A stretch of 64,000 nt of DNA from an uncultured Clostridia bacterium (GTDB taxonomy: Bacteria; Bacillota; Clostridia; TANB77; CAG-508): contig CALXKD010000001.1 of assembly GCA_944388795.1 (NCBI GenBank), positions 16,084-80,083 on the forward strand, read 5' to 3'. Under the pieces are notes generated by a model. That model made no database searches. It was not told where the DNA came from and saw only the letters and a list, made by a program, of their open reading frames with translations. Positions 51,437-60,862 of this stretch are shown in pieces. Both the position numbers and the translations under genes were made by a program. How positions within the stretch are numbered: the first letter of the stretch is position 1; each line of letters begins with the position of its first letter.

Positions 51437-52570
51437 ATGAGTACAAAAGAAATTGTAGAAGAAAAACAATTAGTAAAAAGTGAAGTAGAGGAGTATGCCA
51501 AGTTCGATATATTAAGATATGCACAAGTTTGGGAGGATGCAGATATCTTAATACAAGCATTAGATATACATGAAAATGATAATATATTGTCTATTGCATC
51601 AGCAGGAGAAAATGCAATTAGCATGTTAATCAAAAATCCAAATAAAGTTTTTGCAATTGATTTAAGTGAAAATCAAATTGCTTGTACAGAATTGAAAATT
51701 GTAGCATATAAATATTTAGATTATCAAGAATGTATGGAGTTTATTGGTGTTTTTGATTGTAATGATAGAATCAAAACTTATCAAAAAATTGCAGATAAAC
51801 TATCTAAAGATACAAGAACATATTTAGAAAGCAATTTAGAAATGCTAGAAAAAGGAATTATTCATACAGGAAAATTCGAGAAATATTTTCATCTATTTGG
51901 TAAAAAAATTTTACCATTTATTCATAAAAAATCAATAAGAGAAGAATTATTACAAAAGAAAACAAAGGAAGAGAGAATTCAATTTTATGATCAGAAATGG
52001 AATAATATGAGATGGCAAATGCTTTTTAGGATATTCTTTTCTAAAACCGTCATGGGAAAATTGGGAAGAGATAAAGCCTTTTTTCGTTATGTCCATGTAA
52101 ATGTGGCTGAGCATATTTTAGAAAGAACGAAATATGCTATCACAGAATTAGATACATCAGAAAATTCCTATTTACAGTATATTATTCATGGAAAATATGA
52201 TGAAAATGTGTTGCCAGTAGCATATAGAAAAGAAAATTTTGAGATGATTAAAAAAAATATAGATAAAATTTACTTGTTAAAAGATTCTGTTGAAGATTTT
52301 ATTCAAAAAGAAGAGATAGATTATATTAGTAAATATAATTTAAGCGATATCTTTGAATATATGAGTGATGAGCAAATGTGCAAAATATTTGAAAAGATAT
52401 TTACCAAATCACCACCTGGAACAAGAATTGCTTATTGGAATATGTTAGCTGATAAAAGAGCATCAAAATATTTTGATAATTTAGTATACAAGGAAAAAGA
52501 ATCAAAAGAATTATTTAAACAAGATAAAGCCTTTTTCTATAGTAAATTTATTATAGAGGAGGTCATGTAA
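51437..52570 (+). CDS. DUF3419 / BtaA-like protein (SAM:diacylglycerol 3-amino-3-carboxypropyltransferase family)
   Basis: LRYAQVWEDADILIQAL...ILSIASAGENAISML...VFAIDLSENQIACTELK matches the DUF3419 signature (YAQxWEDP...ItSaGcNaL...AVDln.aQ). ORF may start at 51422. Confidence 0.6.
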   Translation: MSTKEIVEEKQLVKSEVEEYAKFDILRYAQVWEDADILIQALDIHENDNILSIASAGENAISMLIKNPNKVFAIDLSENQIACTELKIVAYKYLDYQECMEFIGVFDCNDRIKTYQKIADKLSKDTRTYLESNLEMLEKGIIHTGKFEKYFHLFGKKILPFIHKKSIREELLQKKTKEERIQFYDQKWNNMRWQMLFRIFFSKTVMGKLGRDKAFFRYVHVNVAEHILERTKYAITELDTSENSYLQYIIHGKYDENVLPVAYRKENFEMIKKNIDKIYLLKDSVEDFIQKEEIDYISKYNLSDIFEYMSDEQMCKIFEKIFTKSPPGTRIAYWNMLADKRASKYFDNLVYKEKESKELFKQDKAFFYSKFIIEEVM

Positions 52571-53917
52571 ATGAACATAGAGTGGTTAAGTATTGGATTT
52601 GTTTTATGTATGCTTTTGATTGCTATGTGTATGATAAAAATAATCGAAAAAAAGACCAAAATACATGCAGAATTGAAACGAAAACTATTACATATGACAA
52701 TGGGATTGATTATGCTAACTTTTCCTTATGTATTTCATAATGTACTTTCTGTAGGAATATTAGCAATTATTGCATTAGCAATATTAATTTTATTAAAACA
52801 TACAAAATTAAAAGAAGGATTAGGAACAGTATTATATAGTGTCAATAGAGAATCTTTAGGTGAAATTTTTTTTGTGATATCTGTATTCTTGATTTTCTAT
52901 TTATCAAAAGGAAATAAAGTTTTATACAGTATTCCTATATTAATTTTAACCTTTGCAGATAGTGCAGCAGCATTAATTGGAAAGAATTATGGAAAGAAAA
53001 ATTTAGCAGAGCTAAATGAAGATGCCAAAAGTATTGAAGGAAGTTTTATCTTTTTTATGGTGGCTTTTGTAGCAACATTGGTATCGCTATTACTGTTCAC
53101 AGATGTAGGAAGAGAAGAAACATTAATCATTGCAACGATTGTAGGATTTAATGTAGCTTTAGTTGAAATGATTTCACATAGTGGAAATGATAATCTATTG
53201 ATTCCATTAACAACATATGCATTTTTGGCAACACATATGGGGTTAGGTGTAGAACAATTAAGAATCAATTTCATGATATTAGGTGTGATATTTATACTAG
53301 TAACGATTGCCAATAGAGTAAAGGCATGGAGCAAACTGGCATTAGCTGAAACACTGGTAGTAGGGTATCTAACGATTACATTATATGGAATATATGCCAT
53401 TATACCACCATTGATTTTGTTTTTAACAGTTATGAGATTTCCTAAAGTTGCGGAAAAAGAACAGCACAATCTATATGATGCTAGAATTATTGAAACCAAT
53501 GTGATTTTAGGAATAGCTATTTGTGGAATTGTAGCAATTACTGGATGGAAAGCAGAATTTTTTATGATATATAGTTTAGTATATAGCATGCATTTAGCTA
53601 TTAATACATTTGTAAGATTAAAATATTATTTTAATTTATCAGAAATGGATAGTATCATTTTATCTTTTGCGAAAGGATTATGTTTTATCTTTTTACCAAG
53701 TTTAGTCATTCAAAATCTGGTATTTCATAAATTGCCTAGCATATCAATGATCGTTCTTATGGTTATATGCTTATTAGCTAGTTGTTTTATGATATATATA
53801 CAAAAGAAAAAGGTAGAAAAAGAAGAAATTTCAATAAAAAATGGATATATGCATACAGAAATTGTGCTAGTATTAACAGCTATCATCTGTTTTATCCAAT
53901 ACTTTAAAATTGCATAG
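52571..53917 (+). CDS. Polytopic membrane protein. N-terminal half resembles CTP-dependent polyprenol (dolichol/phytol/farnesol) kinase of the CTP_transf_1 superfamily (CdsA/CarS-related). C-terminal half adds extra TMs.
   Basis: RKLLH near the N-terminus. FADSAAALIGKNYGKKNL (compare GDGxAAIxGxxxGK). KSIEGSFIFFMVAF (compare KSWEGS). At least 10 predicted TMs. Confidence 0.55.
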   Translation: MNIEWLSIGFVLCMLLIAMCMIKIIEKKTKIHAELKRKLLHMTMGLIMLTFPYVFHNVLSVGILAIIALAILILLKHTKLKEGLGTVLYSVNRESLGEIFFVISVFLIFYLSKGNKVLYSIPILILTFADSAAALIGKNYGKKNLAELNEDAKSIEGSFIFFMVAFVATLVSLLLFTDVGREETLIIATIVGFNVALVEMISHSGNDNLLIPLTTYAFLATHMGLGVEQLRINFMILGVIFILVTIANRVKAWSKLALAETLVVGYLTITLYGIYAIIPPLILFLTVMRFPKVAEKEQHNLYDARIIETNVILGIAICGIVAITGWKAEFFMIYSLVYSMHLAINTFVRLKYYFNLSEMDSIILSFAKGLCFIFLPSLVIQNLVFHKLPSISMIVLMVICLLASCFMIYIQKKKVEKEEISIKNGYMHTEIVLVLTAIICFIQYFKIA

Positions 53918-53952
53918 GAGGAAAGTATGATAAGCATCATACAAAAAAGAAA

Positions 53953-54873
53953 ATGAAATTTGAAATTATAGAGAATCAAGAAAATATAAAAGTAACAGTT
54001 TTAGAAAATGGAGAAGAAAGGGCAAAAGCTACTTGCTATTTTCAAAATACACCAAAACAAAATGGTGAAAAAATCGGAACAATCGGAGAAATGGACATTT
54101 TAGATAAGCAATATGGAGTAATATTATTAGAAAAATGTGAAGAAATTTTAAAAGAAAAAGGATTACATTATATAGTTGCACCAATGAATGAAAATACATG
54201 GGGAAAATATAGAACAATGAAGCAGTCAAATGGAGAACCTCTATTTTTATTAGAGAATGTCAATCCTATGAGTGATAATGAGATATTATTAAAAGCAGGT
54301 TATCAAGAGATATATACATATACTTCAACCAAAGGAAAGTTGAAAAATGCTTACCAATCTCAAAGTATAGAAATGATGAGGAAAAAAATACAAGAAAAAG
54401 GTATTACTATTAGAAATTTTAATAAAGAAAATTATATGGAAGATCTAAAGAAAATATATCATATTTCATTAAAAAGCTTTGGAAGAAATCCGCTATATAC
54501 ACCGATTGATGAAGAACCTTTTTTAAAACAATATATACCATATGTTCATTTAGCTGATGAAGATATTATTTTATTAGCAGAAAAAGATGGAAAAGAAATT
54601 GGATTTATATTCTGCATACCAGATTTTGAAGAAGCAAAAAGAGGAGAAAAGCTTAGTACGATTATTGTGAAAACTGTTGCAGTGATACCAGAATTTCAAA
54701 AGCTTGCTATTGGAAATGTATTAATGAATGATATTGCAAAAATTGCCAAACAGAAAGGATTTAAAAATTGGATATGTGCTTTTATGTATGCCAATAATAC
54801 TTCACAAAAAATGGCAAAACGAAATCAGACAGAAGTTATAAGAGAGTATGCCTTGTATGGAAAGGAAATATGA
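53953..54873 (+). CDS. GNAT-fold acyl-CoA N-acyltransferase-like protein (two-lobed)
   Basis: C-terminal lobe EIGFIFCIPDF...VAVIPEFQKLAIGNVLMNDIAKIAKQKGF resembles a GNAT core. Weak. Confidence 0.35.
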   Translation: MKFEIIENQENIKVTVLENGEERAKATCYFQNTPKQNGEKIGTIGEMDILDKQYGVILLEKCEEILKEKGLHYIVAPMNENTWGKYRTMKQSNGEPLFLLENVNPMSDNEILLKAGYQEIYTYTSTKGKLKNAYQSQSIEMMRKKIQEKGITIRNFNKENYMEDLKKIYHISLKSFGRNPLYTPIDEEPFLKQYIPYVHLADEDIILLAEKDGKEIGFIFCIPDFEEAKRGEKLSTIIVKTVAVIPEFQKLAIGNVLMNDIAKIAKQKGFKNWICAFMYANNTSQKMAKRNQTEVIREYALYGKEI

Positions 54874-54912
54874 TTCTTTTTCAACTAAAAAGAAGGGGAT
54901 GAAATACACAAG

Positions 54913-56406
54913 ATGAGAAATTTAGCCTATCAACTAATCAAAAATTATGAAAAAATGCCAGATAAAATATGTTTAGTCGAAAAAAATACACAAGTTACTT
55001 ATGCAGAGCTATATAACCTAGTAGCTAATTTTAAAGACAATTTGAAACGTAAAGGAATTAAACAAGGAGATAAAGTGTTAGTACTAGTTCCTATGTCAAT
55101 CAATTTATATGTAACTTTACTTTCTATTTGGTCATTGGGAGCGATTCCTTGTTTTATGGATGCAGGCTTTATAAAAAGCGGATTAAAGAAAAATGAATTT
55201 GATGATATTAATGGTATTGTTGGAACGACTAAATATATTGTATACAGCCAAGTGAATGAAAATTTAAAAAACTTAAAAATAAAGATAGATGTCAAACAAA
55301 TTAAAAAAACACCGTTTAGTAGAAAGTTAGTAGTAGAAGAAGTAGAAAAAGATTTTCCGGGTATTTTAACATATACAAGTGGAACAACAGGTGTTCCCAA
55401 GATAGCAGCAAGGACACATGAATTTTTAGAAAATCAAGGAAATATATTAAAACAAATAGCCAATTATGAAGAAAAAGATAGGGAACTTTCCACTATTCCC
55501 ATATTTACATTATCCAATATTTATGTTGGAATTACAACTGTCATAGCAAATGGGAATTTCACCAATTTAGGAAAATCAAATCCTAGAAAGTTAGTAAAAC
55601 AAATAAGAGATAAAAACATTAATAGAATCATGGCTTCACCTGGACTATTACAAGTCATTGTAAATTATTGTATTGATAAGGATATAAAATTAGAAGGTGT
55701 GAAAAAAATCTATACAGGTGGAGGAGCTGTATTTTTAGATTTAATCAAAAAATTACAACAGGTTTTTGAAAATGCAACCATACGTACAATATATGGATCA
55801 ACAGAAGCAGAACCAATTGCTATATTACATATAGAGGATATGACAAAACAAGACATAAAAGACACAGGAAATGGAAAAGGTATTTTAGCAGGAGAGATTG
55901 TTGGCGTAAAAGAATGTAAAATCATAAAACCACCCAAAGAACCAATCGGAACTATCACAAAGGACAAATTTTTAAATTTACAAACAAATGAAGTAGGAGA
56001 GATTGTTGTAACAGGAACGAATGTGCTAAAAGGATATGTTGGTGGCATAGGTGATAAAGAAAACAAATTTACAGTAGAAGATACTATATATCACAGAACA
56101 GGAGATATGGGACAAATCGATGAAAAAGGTAGATTATGGTTAAGAGGAAGAGTAAAAGAGCCATATTTTCATATTGAAGCAGCTTTACATGCAAAATTTG
56201 CAATTGGAAAGACAGCTGTATTTGAAAATGATTCAAAATTGATTCTGGTATTGGAAAATAATGAAAAAACATCAATAGAAGAAATTAAAAAAGCGATTCC
56301 TTTTGAAAAGATTGATGAAATCAAATATGTTCCAAAGATACCAGTGGATAAAAGACATAGTACAAAGGTAGATTATAATGAATTAAGAAAAATATTAAAT
56401 ATATAA
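54913..56406 (+). CDS. Adenylate-forming enzyme (acyl-CoA synthetase / fatty acyl-AMP ligase family)
   Basis: AMP-binding motif LTYTSGTTGVPK. Conserved YHRTGD and K near the C-terminus. Confidence 0.75.
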   Translation: MRNLAYQLIKNYEKMPDKICLVEKNTQVTYAELYNLVANFKDNLKRKGIKQGDKVLVLVPMSINLYVTLLSIWSLGAIPCFMDAGFIKSGLKKNEFDDINGIVGTTKYIVYSQVNENLKNLKIKIDVKQIKKTPFSRKLVVEEVEKDFPGILTYTSGTTGVPKIAARTHEFLENQGNILKQIANYEEKDRELSTIPIFTLSNIYVGITTVIANGNFTNLGKSNPRKLVKQIRDKNINRIMASPGLLQVIVNYCIDKDIKLEGVKKIYTGGGAVFLDLIKKLQQVFENATIRTIYGSTEAEPIAILHIEDMTKQDIKDTGNGKGILAGEIVGVKECKIIKPPKEPIGTITKDKFLNLQTNEVGEIVVTGTNVLKGYVGGIGDKENKFTVEDTIYHRTGDMGQIDEKGRLWLRGRVKEPYFHIEAALHAKFAIGKTAVFENDSKLILVLENNEKTSIEEIKKAIPFEKIDEIKYVPKIPVDKRHSTKVDYNELRKILNI

Positions 56407-56417
56407 AGGGGTAAAAT

Positions 56418-57335
56418 ATGAATCAAATAAAAAAATGGTATACATACCAAAAAGAGAGATTTCCAGTACTTGTATATGGACTATATGTGTTTTGTATTGT
56501 ATTTGCTACTTTTTGTTATAGTTACTATTACTATAATGCAGGCATTTTAACATCACCAATACCTACAACCATGTATTTGGAAAGTACAGGGATACAATAT
56601 ATAAAACTAATCCCTATGTTTTTAGTAGCTTTTTTACAGTTTTTAATGGTAAGGATATTAGATGAATTTAAAGATTATGAAGAGGATTGTAAATATAGGC
56701 CATATAGACCTGTACCAAGAGGATTAGTTAAATTAAGTGAATTAAAAGTTTTATTAATCATATGTGCTGTTTTACAAGTGATGATTACTATATTTTTTTC
56801 TAATTCAATATATAATATCTTATCATTTATCTGTTTAATGGTTGTATGGGCCTATATATTACTCATGAATAAAGATTTCTTTATGAAAAAATTTTTGGAC
56901 AAGCACTTATTAATTAATGTTGCTTTAGATGAAATGGTATTACCTTTATTGATTATATATCTAAGTACCTTTATTTGTCCTACAGGTTCTTGGTTAGCAG
57001 TAATGGCATATATCATATCTTGGATAGTAGAAGTTGCTAGAAAGATTAGGTGTAAAGAAGATGAAGAAGAGGGAGTTAAAACCTATACAGCTGTTTTAGG
57101 TATTGGTAAAGCAATGATACTAATATTTGTATTGGAAACTTTGTTAATGCTTGTACAAGGTATAATCCTAGGACAGAAAAATTATATCTGGATAGTTGCT
57201 TTATATATATTAGCCAATATTTCTAATATTTTATTTGCAAAAAAGAAAACAAGAAAGATGGCAAAATTAGCAGAACTTTCGGCAAATATCTATATAGCCA
57301 TTGTATATTGTAGTTTAGTAATATTAATTTTATAG
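56418..57335 (+). CDS. UbiA-family integral-membrane prenyltransferase
   Basis: First Asp-rich motif LDEFKDYEEDCKYRPYRPVPRG (DxxxD...RPxRPxPxG). About 8 TMs. 305 aa. Confidence 0.65.
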   Translation: MNQIKKWYTYQKERFPVLVYGLYVFCIVFATFCYSYYYYNAGILTSPIPTTMYLESTGIQYIKLIPMFLVAFLQFLMVRILDEFKDYEEDCKYRPYRPVPRGLVKLSELKVLLIICAVLQVMITIFFSNSIYNILSFICLMVVWAYILLMNKDFFMKKFLDKHLLINVALDEMVLPLLIIYLSTFICPTGSWLAVMAYIISWIVEVARKIRCKEDEEEGVKTYTAVLGIGKAMILIFVLETLLMLVQGIILGQKNYIWIVALYILANISNILFAKKKTRKMAKLAELSANIYIAIVYCSLVILIL

Positions 57336-57346
57336 GAGAACAGATA

Positions 57347-59902
57347 ATGAAATATGTATTAAAACAAAATAGTAAACAATATGAATTTATGGGAGGAAAA
57401 GCAACTGCTTTGGCAAAAATGGGACAAGCAATTGATAATATTCCAAAGTGGTTTGTTGTGTCCTATAAGGGCTTTGATAAAGAGGAAAAAAATATAAAAG
57501 AAGAAGCAATAAAAGAAGTAGAAGAATCTTTAAAAATGTTTCCAGATGATACCTATTTTGCGATTCGTTCATCAGCAGGAAACGAGGATTCCAAAGAAAC
57601 ATCTTTTGCAGGACAATTTGATACTTTTTTATATATTCCTAAAAAAGAGGTTATCGAAAAAATAAAAGAAGTATATTTATCTGCTTTTTCAGAAAGAATT
57701 GAAACATATCGAAAAGAAAATCATATAGAAGAGGTAATGATTCCATCAGTTATTGTGCAAAAAATGGTAAAATCAGAAAAAGCAGGTGTGGCATTTGGAG
57801 CAAATCCGACTACTTCTAATATAAAAGAGATTGTCATTAATGGTGTATATGGATTAGGAAGTAGCTTAGTAGATGGTGTGGCAACAGCAGATACCTATAC
57901 CATTTTAAATGGTAAAATTACAAAAACAATAGCTAAAAAAGATTATTGTCATATTTATGTAGATGGTGAAATTAAGCAAGAAATAGTAAACGAAAAACAA
58001 AAGGATAAAGCAGTTTTAACAGATAACCAGATATTAGAAGTTAAAGAACTAGTAGAAAAAGCAAATACATTTTTTGGAAGATTTCAAGATATTGAATGGG
58101 CTTATGAAGATGGAAAGTTATACCTATTGCAATCTAGACCAATTACAACATTAGGAATAGTAAAAAATAAAGAAGAAAAGTTAAATGTATTTGACAATAG
58201 TAATATTGTAGAAAGTTATGGAGGAATTACAACCCCTTTAACATTCTCTTTTATTAGAACTGTCTATGAAAATGTATATTTAGAATTGTGTAAAATATTT
58301 CATGTAAAAGCAGAAAAAATAGAAATGAATGCACAGATGTTTAAAAACATGTTAGCTTTAATAGACGGCCGTGTGTATTATAATCTATATGGTTGGTATG
58401 GGTTACTTTCCATGTTCCCAGGATTAGGAAAAAACAAGAAATTCATGGAGCAAATGATGGGAGTAAAAGAATCTTTGCCAGATGACTTGTTTCCAGTACC
58501 ACAAGCTACATTTTATGATAAAATTGGATTGATTTCAACTGGATATGGATTATTAAAAGGATTTATAAAGATAAGAAAAATGACAGATAAATTCTATGTA
58601 AGATTGAATGAAGCATTAGAAGATAAAGACATCCAGCATATGGATTTATATGAACTACATGATTATTACTATGAATTGGAAGGAAAACTGTTACATAAAT
58701 GGGATGCACCACTAGTCAATGACTTTTTGGCAATGATTTTTTATGGACAATTGAAACAAGAATGTGAAAAATTATTTAAAGAAAATGGAAACTTGATACA
58801 TAATGATTTATTATGTGATGAAGGAAATATCATTAGTGCAGAGCCAGCGAAAAGAATTCGAGAAATGGCAGAGATTGCAAAAGATGATGAAAAACTTTTA
58901 AAATTATTAGAAAATGAAGATATGTTATATATCCAAAAAGAACTTCCTAAATATCCAGAATTTTATGAAAAAATACAAGCATATTTAGATAAATTTTCAG
59001 ATAGATGTTTGCAGGAGTTAAAATTAGAAACATTAACATTAAAAGATAATCCTATTAGCTTATATCATTCAATATTGACATTTGCAAGAAGAATGCAAAA
59101 AACAAAAGTAAATGCATTAGATTCTGTAGAAGCTAGAAAACAGGCAGAAAGAAAAGTAAAACAAATTTTAAAGTTTAAGCCATTGGAAAAAGCTAAATTT
59201 AACTTTTTATTAAAACAAGCAAGATATACAGTAAAAAATAGAGAAAATCTTAGGTTTGAAAGAACAAGACTTTTTGGAAGAGTAAGAGAAATCTTTTTAA
59301 GAATAGGATATATATTAACTTCTTTAAATGTTATAGAAGAAAAAAGAGACATATTTTATTTAGAAGTAGATGAAATTTTATACTATATCGATGGAAAATC
59401 TACGACCAATAATTTGAAAGATTTAATTGCGATACGAAAGAAAGAGTATGAAAGATATAAGGAAACTAATCCAGATGAAAGATTTTACACTTATGGAGCA
59501 GTAAATATAGGAAATAACTTTAAAAAGGAAATAGAAGTTCACGCAGATAAAACACATATAGATAAGATAAAAGATGAAAAAGAAACTTTAAAAGGAATTG
59601 GAGCATCACCAGGAAGAATTAGTGGACGAGTAAAAGTAATAGATAATCCGGCAAATGCAAAATTAGAACAAGGAGAAATTTTAGTTGCTGAGTATACAGA
59701 TCCGGGTTGGATTATGCTATTTCCGGCTGCAAGTGGAATTTTAGTAGAAAGGGGAAGTTTATTATCTCATTCAGCAATTGTTTCAAGAGAACTTGGTATA
59801 CCTGCAGTAGTAGGAATTACAGGATTACTGGATAATATAAAAACCGGTGATATAGTGGAATTAGATGGAACAACAGGCATTGTAAGAAAAATGTCCAATT
59901 AG
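57347..59902 (+). CDS. PEP-utilising phosphotransferase with rifampin-phosphotransferase-like architecture: N-terminal PPDK_N ATP-grasp, central domain, C-terminal phospho-His swivel domain
   Basis: N-terminus MGGKATALAKMGQ...IPKWFVV. C-terminus ERGSLLSHSAIVSRELGIPAVVG (PEP-utilisers motif). No TIM-barrel PEP/pyruvate domain. 851 aa. Confidence 0.7.
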   Translation: MKYVLKQNSKQYEFMGGKATALAKMGQAIDNIPKWFVVSYKGFDKEEKNIKEEAIKEVEESLKMFPDDTYFAIRSSAGNEDSKETSFAGQFDTFLYIPKKEVIEKIKEVYLSAFSERIETYRKENHIEEVMIPSVIVQKMVKSEKAGVAFGANPTTSNIKEIVINGVYGLGSSLVDGVATADTYTILNGKITKTIAKKDYCHIYVDGEIKQEIVNEKQKDKAVLTDNQILEVKELVEKANTFFGRFQDIEWAYEDGKLYLLQSRPITTLGIVKNKEEKLNVFDNSNIVESYGGITTPLTFSFIRTVYENVYLELCKIFHVKAEKIEMNAQMFKNMLALIDGRVYYNLYGWYGLLSMFPGLGKNKKFMEQMMGVKESLPDDLFPVPQATFYDKIGLISTGYGLLKGFIKIRKMTDKFYVRLNEALEDKDIQHMDLYELHDYYYELEGKLLHKWDAPLVNDFLAMIFYGQLKQECEKLFKENGNLIHNDLLCDEGNIISAEPAKRIREMAEIAKDDEKLLKLLENEDMLYIQKELPKYPEFYEKIQAYLDKFSDRCLQELKLETLTLKDNPISLYHSILTFARRMQKTKVNALDSVEARKQAERKVKQILKFKPLEKAKFNFLLKQARYTVKNRENLRFERTRLFGRVREIFLRIGYILTSLNVIEEKRDIFYLEVDEILYYIDGKSTTNNLKDLIAIRKKEYERYKETNPDERFYTYGAVNIGNNFKKEIEVHADKTHIDKIKDEKETLKGIGASPGRISGRVKVIDNPANAKLEQGEILVAEYTDPGWIMLFPAASGILVERGSLLSHSAIVSRELGIPAVVGITGLLDNIKTGDIVELDGTTGIVRKMSN

Positions 59903-59926
59903 GGACGTTTCTGTCTGGACATTTTT
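59893..59926 (+). repeat. Stop-proximal 36-nt element, copy 3; overlaps the last codons of the phosphotransferase gene
   Basis: tgtccaattagggacgtttctgtctggacattttt; the stop codon TAG is inside the element. Confidence 0.7.
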
Positions 59927-60067
59927 CAAAATAAAATAATTAAAAAACGGATATAAAAATGATAAAGGACATACCGAAAAACAAAAATATCTAATTTGGT
60001 GTGTCCTTGTCTTATATGTAGGGAAAATTTTATGTATGGTAAAGATAAAAGTTGTTTTTTATAATTT

Positions 60068-60103
60068 AAAAATGTCCCAATAGGAAACGTCCCCAATTGG
60101 ACA
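60068..60103 (-). repeat. Stop-proximal 36-nt element, copy 4, directly after the stop of the DUF4130-like gene; convergent with copy 3
   Basis: Minus strand tgtccaattggggacgtttcctattgggacattt. Confidence 0.7.
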
Positions 60104-60862
60104 TTATGGTTCTTCAATTAAATCTTGCCAATATTTTTTAGGCATAAATTGCATTTGACATCTAGCATTTTTTCTTTCTTGTATGGCAATGGTTTTGAAA
60201 AATAATTTCCAAAGTTCTTGGTATTTTTGTTCTTCTTCAGTAACATCAGGTATTGTTAAATTGGTGCTATCAATGATTTTGTATTCTTGTGAGTTATATA
60301 AAAAACAAATATTTCTGTTCTTATCGTGAATGATAAAGTTTTGTGTAGGTAGTCTTTTAATAAAGTGATGTCCTAAAGGTTCTATAATATTGTTATCTGG
60401 GTGAATAGAGGCATAATACAAATTTTTTCCTATTTCCATAAATCGAAGTAATCCTTTTAACTTATGGCATTCTGATAAAGCTCTTTTTCTCATATTGATA
60501 ACAGAAAAGACATAGGAAATAGTAAGCATAGTGTTAATTTTAGGTCCGATGTCAAATCCATCACATAAATATTTTAGAATTTTAATTTCTTTCTCTTTTC
60601 CATCTGATAAAAAAGCATAAAAACTATTATATAGAGCTTCATAGCAAATATTTTTATTAATTCCTTCAAAAACACGTTTTGCCTTTTCATAATTGGTATT
60701 TATATATTGTGTTTTATCTAAAAAATTTTGTATATATTCCTCTTCTGAAACAATTTTTTGTGGCAATGTTTTATGAGAATAGCTCTCAAAAACAATGGTT
60801 AATAATCCATCAAATGTACCATCATATAAATAGGTTGTGTTTACAAGCTTCCAGTTAGACAT
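60104..60862 (-). CDS. Probable DNA metabolism protein (TIGR03915/DUF4130-like; uracil-DNA-glycosylase-superfamily relative), partner of the radical SAM protein
   Basis: 252 aa. Overlaps and is co-directional with the upstream radical SAM gene. This pairing is characteristic of the family. Confidence 0.5.
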   Translation of the reverse strand: MSNWKLVNTTYLYDGTFDGLLTIVFESYSHKTLPQKIVSEEEYIQNFLDKTQYINTNYEKAKRVFEGINKNICYEALYNSFYAFLSDGKEKEIKILKYLCDGFDIGPKINTMLTISYVFSVINMRKRALSECHKLKGLLRFMEIGKNLYYASIHPDNNIIEPLGHHFIKRLPTQNFIIHDKNRNICFLYNSQEYKIIDSTNLTIPDVTEEEQKYQELWKLFFKTIAIQERKNARCQMQFMPKKYWQDLIEEP

